Shown here piece by piece: positions 1-6,302 of a stretch of 10,875 bases of DNA (position 1 is its first letter; every line of letters begins with the position of its first letter). A program made the position numbers and the translations under genes. This DNA is from a bacterium. GTDB lineage: Bacteria; Zhuqueibacterota; Zhuqueibacteria; Oceanimicrobiales; Oceanimicrobiaceae. Below the pieces are notes generated by a model. It was not told the DNA's origin and ran no database searches. It was given only the letters and a program-made list of their open reading frames with translations. The stretch covers positions 1 through 10,875 of the forward strand of contig JBHHXT010000164.1 in assembly GCA_046757165.1 (NCBI GenBank). The letters run 5' to 3'.

Positions 1-1
1 G

Positions 2-1561
2 GCGTATTCGAGGTGCAGCACTCCCTGGCTCTGTCGGCTGCAGCGCGGCAAAAATGGCGTAGGCCTTTACCGAACCAAACTCCTCTGTGGCCCTGCCATA
101 GCAGCGATCTAATGTTAGTTGCGTGGGTGAATCGATACTCAAAATGGTGTATGGCGTCTTGTCGAAGATTGTGTAGGCCTTGCCGCCATCTGTGGGGCCA
201 TCATAACTACGGTCCAACCTCAGTTGAGTCGTCGAATCGACTGTCAGAATGGTGTATTCCGCCCGCTCTCCCACGACCTTCAACGTCAAGCCAGCCAGAT
301 CGCTGCTCCAACTCGTCCCGCTACCTGTGACTGTACGGGAACCGTTATTAACCGAAATCGTTCCAGCGGTGACTTCTGCAACCTGCAATGTTAAGCCCAC
401 CAGATCACTACCCCAACTCGTCCCGATGCCCGTGACTTCGGCGGAACCGTAGGTAACCTTAATCGTTCCATCGCTGTCGACCGCAACCGGTATTGAGCGA
501 CTCACCATCGGCCCTGTGGCGCTACCGCCGGCAACGAGATGAACGAGATAATCATGCAACTGGCCAAACGCCTCCTCATAGATTTCGTAGGTCTTACCTG
601 TGCCCGAGACGCCAACGTAGCTCCGACTCAGAACCAGCTTGTCGGGCGCAACGACCATGGTGATCGTGTAAGCTGTGGAATCGCCACTGACTTGTAGGAC
701 CTGGCCGACATGTTCGTTTTTCCAATTGGTGCCAGTGCCCATAATGATGGGAGAGCCATTGACTACGGAAATTTTACCGGCAGTGAAGGGTGGCCCTTGC
801 GGTGAAGTGAACGGGTCCGGACTTCCGTATCGGATGCGTTGCTTAGCTGAATTTCTCGCCTGTGAAAGGTCTTCGCTCGCCCCTGGAGAACAAGGATAGT
901 CCGGGTGCTTCACAGGCAAGCACATGGGGTACTGGAAGTCAGGCACGGATTCCCAGCCTTCTGTGGCCTCCTGTGAAACCGGCACAAAGCACAGTTCCAC
1001 TAAGGCTGCCGGCGCTGAGCTGATTTTCACATTTGTGATCGCATCGAATTCCAAAATTACTGTTAAGACCTGGCCGGCATTTCCTGCAACAGTTGTCTGA
1101 GCAACCGGGGTTCGCTTATACAAAGCAGTGATTTCTGCTTTGGCTTTTTCTCGGAAGCCAATGCGCACTTCGATCTTGCGAGCAACATTATCAGGAGTCA
1201 GGGCAAAGCGCAGGAAGCCGCGATTATCGAGATCGATCTCTTTGGCCCTCCTCGGTGGAAAGTCGTTGGTGATAACCAGGTTTTCGTTGCTGTGGAAATA
1301 CCCGAAAGGCGTGTTCAGAGTTTTATCTGAAGTTTTACCTGTCGGCAGGGTATTCGTTGCGGCAGCAACTAAACAGATCGGATCGCCTGCCCGGTGTAAG
1401 CGACGAAAGAGATAGAAACCATACCACGGAAAGCCAAGCTCTTGCTTGAAAGCCCAACGCAAATGGATACCATCCACCAGCGGTGGCTGAAACGGGTTTG
1501 GGGGACTATCGCCCTGAATACCCAAGCCAAGCATGACCAGGTTTTGGGTTTGCAGTGCCAT
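2..1561 (-). CDS. Large hypothetical protein (at least 520 aa, 3' end runs off the window) with three phage tail-fibre-type small beta domains
   Basis: Absent from the ORF track because there is no stop in the window. Manual translation from ATG at 1561 (RBS AAAGGAG about 8 nt upstream) is open to base 2: MALQTQNLVMLGLGIQGDSPPNPFQPPLVDGIHLRWAFKQELGFPWYGFYLFRR...AGKISVVNGSPIIMGTGTNW...GTIKVTYGSAEVTGIGTSW...GTISVNNGSRTVTGSGTSW...YTILTVDSTTQLRLDRSY...AAPRIR. No signal peptide is apparent. Confidence 0.9.
   Translation of the reverse strand, partial: MALQTQNLVMLGLGIQGDSPPNPFQPPLVDGIHLRWAFKQELGFPWYGFYLFRRLHRAGDPICLVAAATNTLPTGKTSDKTLNTPFGYFHSNENLVITNDFPPRRAKEIDLDNRGFLRFALTPDNVARKIEVRIGFREKAKAEITALYKRTPVAQTTVAGNAGQVLTVILEFDAITNVKISSAPAALVELCFVPVSQEATEGWESVPDFQYPMCLPVKHPDYPCSPGASEDLSQARNSAKQRIRYGSPDPFTSPQGPPFTAGKISVVNGSPIIMGTGTNWKNEHVGQVLQVSGDSTAYTITMVVAPDKLVLSRSYVGVSGTGKTYEIYEEAFGQLHDYLVHLVAGGSATGPMVSRSIPVAVDSDGTIKVTYGSAEVTGIGTSWGSDLVGLTLQVAEVTAGTISVNNGSRTVTGSGTSWSSDLAGLTLKVVGERAEYTILTVDSTTQLRLDRSYDGPTDGGKAYTIFDKTPYTILSIDSPTQLTLDRCYGRATEEFGSVKAYAIFAALQPTEPGSAAPRIR
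50..472 (-). repeat. Intragenic nested duplication (A-A'-B'-B) of a ~70-aa domain
   Basis: On the + strand CAACTCGTCCC occurs at 309-319 and 414-424, and GAATCGA-n-AATGGTGTAT at 129-152 and 234-257. Both pairs are 105 bp apart. The protein reads N-half / complete domain / C-half. Confidence 0.85.
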
Positions 1562-1616
1562 TTATTCTGGCTCCTTTAGTTCATGTTTTAACTTTCCAGC
1601 TTAAGGCTTAGGACTC

Positions 1617-1645
1617 ATTATAGGAGCGTTTGATTTCTAACCCAA
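1617..1645 (-). promoter_or_regulatory. Possible sigma70-type promoter for the large CDS
   Basis: Perfect TATAAT on the minus strand (1622-1617), with TTGGGT 17 bp upstream as a weak -35 (3/6 match), about 55 bp before the ATG. Confidence 0.25.
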
Positions 1646-1757
1646 ATACGAAAGAGCGGGATGCATGCTGCTCACATTATGCCTAAATAACGGGCGAATT
1701 GAACGTAGATACAAGCTAGCAAAATTAAACCCAACAAACGCCACCAAGAGACTCCGC

Positions 1758-1777
1758 GGGCATCGAACGGGATGCCC
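1758..1777 (-). terminator. Hairpin after the 74-aa ORF (possible terminator or mRNA-stabilising stem)
   Basis: GGGCATC-6 nt-GATGCCC perfect 7-bp stem, 14 nt after the TGA at 1792-1794. There is no adjacent U-tract. Confidence 0.35.
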
Positions 1778-1791
1778 AGGATCGCTTTACC

Positions 1792-2016
1792 TCATGGGAC
1801 TAGGTTGTCGACGACCCACTGCGTGAGCTGGGCATGGGCCGCCGCCGCGGCCCGCAGCACCCCGACCTGGGTGGCAGGATTGTCCGCCACCGCCCGCAGG
1901 GCGGCAGCTCGAATCGCGTCGAAGTTTGCTGCGACGATGCCATCGGCCTGTGCTTCATCCACGCCGTTGTCGATGAGTACCTGCCGGGCAACCTTGTCGT
2001 AATTCTGAGCGCGCAT
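1792..2016 (-). CDS. Small Ala-rich hypothetical protein (74 aa), probably translationally coupled to the beta-helix gene
   Basis: The sequence TAG-GAGGACAT-ATG places a strong RBS over the upstream stop codon. Product: MRAQNYDKVARQVLIDNGVDEAQADGIVAANFDAIRAAALRAVADNPATQVGVLRAAAAAHAQLTQWVVDNLVP. The ORF-track start at 2301 overlaps the upstream gene and is rejected. Confidence 0.75.
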   Translation of the reverse strand: MRAQNYDKVARQVLIDNGVDEAQADGIVAANFDAIRAAALRAVADNPATQVGVLRAAAAAHAQLTQWVVDNLVP

Positions 2017-2024
2017 ATGTCCTC

Positions 2025-3410
2025 CTATGGCTGCCACAGGCGACAGAGTTCGGGCTGGGCTGCACCCAAGTCGACTTCGTTGAAAGGTGGCCCACCCGTG
2101 CGGAACGTCAACCACGTCGTCGCTGCGTTGCCTCCGACCTTGAGTTCGTTGGCCGCGCCTGCGATGTCCGTGTCCGAGTCGACCTGTACCTGACCGCCGT
2201 TTCGGATTTGAATGCCGAATCCGCCATTTGCAGATCCGGCGATACTTCGCACATTCTGACAACGTAGCTTGCCTTCGCAGAATATGCCGTCGCGAGCGCA
2301 ATCGTGCAATGAGACGTTCACCAGCTTCACGGTCGACAACCGCGGCACCTGAACCCCAATGCCCGTGCTATTCCTCACGATGCTGTCGGACAGCAAGATC
2401 GATATGGTCTGGACTTCATCGAAGAAGCCGGTGGGATCGTTCTGAGGACCGATGGGCGGGTTTCCGTCCCACACGCATTGCCCCCAATATGCTTGAGGCG
2501 CGGCCTCGATAGAAAGCTGCGTTAGCGACTCGATGAAACTGGCGACGATGTGCCACTGCGTCCCGCGGCTACGGATAAGGCGCAGGTGGTTGCACGCGCC
2601 GGTCGAAATGTCAAAACTGAGACCTCCACCGTCGGCCATGATACCGTCGAGAGTGCATGCCGTAAACACCATCGAAGCGTTCAACCGCCCGATTCGGATT
2701 GCGCTTTGGAAGCCATTGCCTGCGTTCGTGAGCTTGATGCCTTGCCATGAGATGTCGCATAGCTGCTCGACAACGATGAGACTCGCACCGTCGGGCGAGC
2801 GTAGCTCCGCACTTTCTTCGACGATGTCGATAGGCAAGGTGAAGTCGAAGGTGTCGGTGATCTCGACGTCGCTGTTCGGTCCAGCCGTGTTGCTAGAAAT
2901 TACCCCGATGTTGCTGAAGCCGCTGCCGACGACGTAGCGGTTCTTGTGCTGGTTCGCCGCATAGTTTTTGGTCGTGTTCAGCGTCCGAATGTTGCTGGTG
3001 GGATCGGAGCTGATGCCCGGGGGCTCCAATGTGGAGATGGAGTCGACGACGTTGGGTTCTGCAAAGATGGTCAATGGTGCCGGAATTACCTCGACTGGCG
3101 GTGCAGAGAAGTCTAACACGGCCCGGTCAGGAGACACGAAGATCGGCAGGGTGAAGTCGGATAGCAAGTCCTCGGTGCCGAGGCCGGTGATGTCCACGAC
3201 ATACCGGACATTGTGTGGGATAAATGTCGGAACGTCCAAGATCGCCCGCTGGAACGTCCGATAGGCCGAGGCCTCGGTCTTGCCGTCGCCAATGGCATCG
3301 CTCCCCGAAGCGCGGGCGAAGACAGTACGGACCTCCAGCGTACTCCGTGAGGGTTCAATATTGAACGTTTCCGTTAACGGAAAGACCGCTCTTTGCGTGA
3401 TCAAGGTCAT
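2025..3410 (-). CDS. Right-handed beta-helix (pectin-lyase-like) / tailspike-like protein, 461 aa
   Basis: Strong RBS AAAGGAGGAG. The N-terminal motif VFARASGSDAIGDGKTEASAYRTFQRAI matches the GxDxxGxG..(P)xxTxxxA cap that typically precedes beta-helices (DUF1565-like). C-terminal rungs include IVRNSTGIGVQV, LHDCARDGIFC and NGGFGIQIRNGG. No signal peptide. GC is elevated. Confidence 0.75.
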   Translation of the reverse strand: MTLITQRAVFPLTETFNIEPSRSTLEVRTVFARASGSDAIGDGKTEASAYRTFQRAILDVPTFIPHNVRYVVDITGLGTEDLLSDFTLPIFVSPDRAVLDFSAPPVEVIPAPLTIFAEPNVVDSISTLEPPGISSDPTSNIRTLNTTKNYAANQHKNRYVVGSGFSNIGVISSNTAGPNSDVEITDTFDFTLPIDIVEESAELRSPDGASLIVVEQLCDISWQGIKLTNAGNGFQSAIRIGRLNASMVFTACTLDGIMADGGGLSFDISTGACNHLRLIRSRGTQWHIVASFIESLTQLSIEAAPQAYWGQCVWDGNPPIGPQNDPTGFFDEVQTISILLSDSIVRNSTGIGVQVPRLSTVKLVNVSLHDCARDGIFCEGKLRCQNVRSIAGSANGGFGIQIRNGGQVQVDSDTDIAGAANELKVGGNAATTWLTFRTGGPPFNEVDLGAAQPELCRLWQP

Positions 3411-3654
3411 CTTCGCTCCTCCTTTCTCAATATTTCACGAAACTCATCGAGAAGACTAAGTAAAGTCTATGTGTAGTAATAGCAAGCATAAAGAAAATGT
3501 TCATATCTTGATTTTGTCGATCCACATTAATGTCCCTAGCGAGTCCACCGAATTCTTGTAGAGTTATTTCGTCAATCAATGTCCATTAAAGCTTACTTGT
3601 CCTTAGTTTGAGATAGGTGGCTTTTGTCCTCGGCCTACCGGCAAGTTTAACCGG

Positions 3655-3752
3655 CTGGCCGATTCTAAGATACATCGTTTTTTCTCCGGCGCTTCGCAAT
3701 TCCAAAAAGGCGCAGCCGCTAGGCCAGTCCGGTTCCGGGTAGAATCGGCCAG
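3655..3752. repeat. 13-bp perfect inverted repeat enclosing 72 bp
   Basis: CTGGCCGATTCTA (3655-3667) and its reverse complement TAGAATCGGCCAG (3740-3752). Confidence 0.6.
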
Positions 3753-3891
3753 TTACCTGGCCAATCCCCCCACAGCACTCCGAGACCGCCACGAAAATCG
3801 CCCAACTTAAAAGCTCAATCTCCCCAAAATCCTGCCTCCCCACCCCAAAAATCATTGATTGAAACTCCAATAGATGCCGCAGCAGGGCTTA

Positions 3892-3987
3892 GTTCAACCA
3901 CGAGTTGCAAACGCACGCATCGCCGCTCACTGCACAGTCGGAACTCATCCTGCTCTGCGTGCGCTGCGAACTCTTAGATCGTAAGAC
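3892..3987 (+). other. attC-like imperfect palindrome (possible degenerate integron cassette recombination site)
   Basis: R''-like GTTCAAC (fits RYYYAAC), 5-nt spacer, GTTGCAAA; paired arms CGCACGCA (3912-3919) / TGCGTGCG (3956-3963) and GAGTT/AACTC; R'-like GTAAGAC (one mismatch to GTTRRRY) after a 9-nt spacer that is longer than usual. Confidence 0.4.
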
Positions 3988-4247
3988 AATAGTTGCTACA
4001 TTGTTAATTCACCTTTCTTCACCAGTGCACAGTTTCTATGCATGCAGGACGCTTACGGTCTCAGGGATGCGATTCTGATTCCTCTTTAAGTCTTGAATCA
4101 GGAGCGTTGTTAGTCAAGATTGGGAGGACCTATTCCCCATCGCAATCGGATTACGCGTAATTCGTCTATTTCACGCGCTGCATTCTCACGAACTTGACCA
4201 TTACAACTCTCGAAGAACCCATGTCTCAGCCAATATTTCCAACCGAT

Positions 4248-5660
4248 TTACACGTCCTCGGATTCTCCCTCGGACGTCGATTCACCAGGACAGCAGCGGT
4301 ATTCCTGGGACTTTTCGAGGAGCTCAATTTGCCGCGCAAGAAGCTCGTTTTCAAGTTTCTTGTGCACCAAGTCAATCTCGATCTCCTGAAGAAGAGTTGG
4401 CTCACAAATATTGCAATCGTCGAGACAGCCCCTGACGAGCAACCCAGGCGTCGGCAGCGATGTCGTACGCTCAAAAGAAAAATCTTGTTTGGCTTCCTCC
4501 GAGATGTTACCGCCCACCTCATCCAAAAGTCCTGCATCTACCAAATCGTTATCAACCGCTTTGAGAGCATCTTCCCGAAGCTCCGGTGGGAGCGGTTCGA
4601 CGGGCTGAAATGTCGCGAACGTAGACTGTGCGGTCTGCAAACTTAGCAGGGCTACCTGCTGGGTCCCAGACGGGGTGAACCGGACTGCCTCATTGACCTG
4701 TGCAGCAGCACTGTTTCGACCTATGCGTTCGATATCGATGCGCTCCTTATCAGTCGCCAGTACAGCGCTGGGTATTACCGATACTTCGCCGCGTGACGTG
4801 AATGGATTGTTAGTGAATCTAGTATCAGCCGCTGGATCGATCACCCGTCGCCGGATAGCCTCCAGCGTGAACTTAACCGTTTGCATCTTGTTAATCTGGT
4901 AGAAGAAGAAGGACACTGCATGACAGCGATTCGGGTTCGAGAAAACACGGGATGAGGATTCAAGGTGATCCTCCGATTCACCTTCGGCGTGAGCGCGCGC
5001 CTGCACTTCGCCAACGGAGACGGAGTTGGCTGTCCGGGTAGCCTCTACCGAGCGATTGTGCGATGCTTCCGCATGTTGGCTCAACTCGCGAGAGAACGTC
5101 CTCGTGGACTCTGCATCGTAAGAGCCTCTTATATCGACAGAGGCGCCGCCCAAAAAGGACTGAATAGCACCACTGGTCTCACCGTGCGTCTCAAAGGAGC
5201 CTTTGTGGGTGTTCGTGGCTCGAGCTTCGTCCCTGACTGTGACATCGGACATGAAGTCGCTCATGCTTGACATATAAAAGCGCTCTTCTGATGTTTGCTC
5301 GCGGCGGTAACTGAGATTCGTGGAGCTGTCAAAAGTAAATCGTGTGCGACGATCCACGGTGAAGAGCCGGACCTTCTCACCGGGCAACAATGTGATGCTA
5401 TGAATTAGGTCACCCAGGGCGAGTGGGCCTGTACAACGCTCATGGCGTACGTGGATGATCACCTCGACTGAAACTCTCCGAGGTTGGTCGTTGAAGATCA
5501 CTGTCTTGTTGTGAATCAGCCGATAGTGAAAATCGAGCACATCGCACGGCTCATCTGTCTCCAGGTCCGGGCAACACGGAACCTCTAATCTCTCTTCATT
5601 TCGATTTGGCCGCTCATGTTCCTTTTCGCCCATAGCTTTTGTTTTCTTGGATTCCTCCAT
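4248..5660 (-). CDS. Cys-rich hypothetical protein (470 aa); possible beta-pore-forming-toxin-like fold
   Basis: Long ORF with strong RBS AAGGAGGT. Motifs: GDLIHSITLLPGEKV, a Ser/Thr/Glu-rich central region, FSNPNRCHAVSFFFYQI and LPTPGLLVRGCLDDCNICE, followed by a heptad-like helix. CCP occurs near both termini. The CDS call is secure; the function is inferred. Confidence 0.85.
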   Translation of the reverse strand: MEESKKTKAMGEKEHERPNRNEERLEVPCCPDLETDEPCDVLDFHYRLIHNKTVIFNDQPRRVSVEVIIHVRHERCTGPLALGDLIHSITLLPGEKVRLFTVDRRTRFTFDSSTNLSYRREQTSEERFYMSSMSDFMSDVTVRDEARATNTHKGSFETHGETSGAIQSFLGGASVDIRGSYDAESTRTFSRELSQHAEASHNRSVEATRTANSVSVGEVQARAHAEGESEDHLESSSRVFSNPNRCHAVSFFFYQINKMQTVKFTLEAIRRRVIDPAADTRFTNNPFTSRGEVSVIPSAVLATDKERIDIERIGRNSAAAQVNEAVRFTPSGTQQVALLSLQTAQSTFATFQPVEPLPPELREDALKAVDNDLVDAGLLDEVGGNISEEAKQDFSFERTTSLPTPGLLVRGCLDDCNICEPTLLQEIEIDLVHKKLENELLARQIELLEKSQEYRCCPGESTSEGESEDV

Positions 5661-5803
5661 AGCTTACCTCCTTCTTTTGTGAATAACTGTTCATCCTGAA
5701 CAGATTCCGGGGAGGCGGGCGGCTCTGTGTCACAACCGAACATTGTGATGATCGAAGCGATTGTCGTAATCACGAAGAGCGTGAAGATTTTGTTACGAAT
5801 CAT
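5585..5803 (-). CDS. Short lipoprotein-signal ORF (72 aa); may be a truncated gene remnant
   Basis: RBS AAAGGAGGT 6 nt before the ATG. MIRNK, a hydrophobic stretch and lipobox-like MFGC, then an acidic/Pro linker. The 3' 76 bp overlap the next CDS in another frame. Confidence 0.55.
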   Translation of the reverse strand: MIRNKIFTLFVITTIASIITMFGCDTEPPASPESVQDEQLFTKEGGKLWRNPRKQKLWAKRNMSGQIEMKRD

Positions 5804-5877
5804 AATAATACCTCCTTTGAGGCTGTTTAAGCCAAAATACCTTGGAAGAGGTGCGCCTGGCGTACCGCATTCCTGTG

Positions 5878-5905
5878 CTAAGTTTCTAAGTTTCTAAGTT
5901 TCTAA
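5878..5905. repeat. 8-bp tandem repeat (CTAAGTTT x3.5) overlapping the DUF4242 gene stop codon
   Basis: CTAAGTTT CTAAGTTT CTAAGTTT CTAA. On the minus strand the TAG stop (5904-5902) lies in the first unit. Confidence 0.9.
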
Positions 5906-6246
5906 TGGCCTTCTTTGACCTCAACGATCTCATCTGCAACGAGACCGTGAGCCTCTTTGTGCACCACCGCAGCCGCTTCTTTGTTCGGAGCCTCGACCAG
6001 ACAGAAGACGGTGCCACTACCTTCATCGTACCAATATTTCAGGTAGCTCACTCCGTGCTTCCCCTGAACCTCAAGGTCTTTCTTGTGGGCACCTGCTACC
6101 GCTTCGGCAGTTAACCCGCTCACATTTTTGTGAATATCCATATAGAGATGAGTAGATGATCTTTTCTCCGGCTCCTTTTTACAGCCCAATAAGACTATTG
6201 TGGCTATAAGGCCGAAGAGTACCAACATAAATGTTCGAAGACGCAT
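5902..6246 (-). CDS. DUF4242 / SCO4226-like (nickel-binding family) protein with a lipoprotein signal, 114 aa
   Basis: YMDIH...AVAGAHKKDLEVQGKHGVSYLKYWYDEGSGTVFCLVEAPNKEAAAVVHKEAHGLVADEIVEV is the characteristic DUF4242 pattern. The N-terminus MRLRTFMLVLFGLIATIVLLGC has an LLGC lipobox. RBS AGGAGGAGGT. Confidence 0.88.
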   Translation of the reverse strand: MRLRTFMLVLFGLIATIVLLGCKKEPEKRSSTHLYMDIHKNVSGLTAEAVAGAHKKDLEVQGKHGVSYLKYWYDEGSGTVFCLVEAPNKEAAAVVHKEAHGLVADEIVEVKEGH

Positions 6247-6302
6247 ATTGTACCTCCTCCTTTGCTTGGTTTGAAATCAACAAATCTTTCATGATTATTC
6301 TC

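Noticed and set aside
13..1415. Plus-strand ORFs 13-330, 249-452, 675-899 and 1128-1415
   Set aside because: Antisense shadows of the long minus-strand CDS 2-1561; their apparent repeats mirror its domain duplication.
1636..1690. Possible second attC site or XerD/dif-like arm (TTCTAAC...GAGC...GCTC...TTATGCCTAAAT)
   Set aside because: Pairing is only about 4 bp, there is no matching R box, and there is no XerC arm at the right spacing.
2017..2301. 169-aa version of the ORF ending at 1792
   Set aside because: The extension overlaps the beta-helix gene out of frame and is Arg-rich and implausible; the strong RBS points to the ATG at 2016.
2..3410. Prophage call based on tail-like domains
   Set aside because: No capsid, terminase, portal, tail tube, lysis or integrase gene is visible in the window.
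3586..3870. 94-aa minus-strand ORF
   Set aside because: Non-ATG start, no clear RBS, no recognisable motif, and it overlaps an inverted repeat; probably non-coding.
3780..3890. C/A-skewed tract resembling an IS end
   Set aside because: No transposase fragment, partner terminal repeat or target duplication could be identified.
4194..5270. Plus-strand ORFs (including 150 aa at 4194-4646) and minus-strand 4226-4537
   Set aside because: Antisense or alternate-frame overlaps of the 470-aa CDS, with no motifs or RBS.
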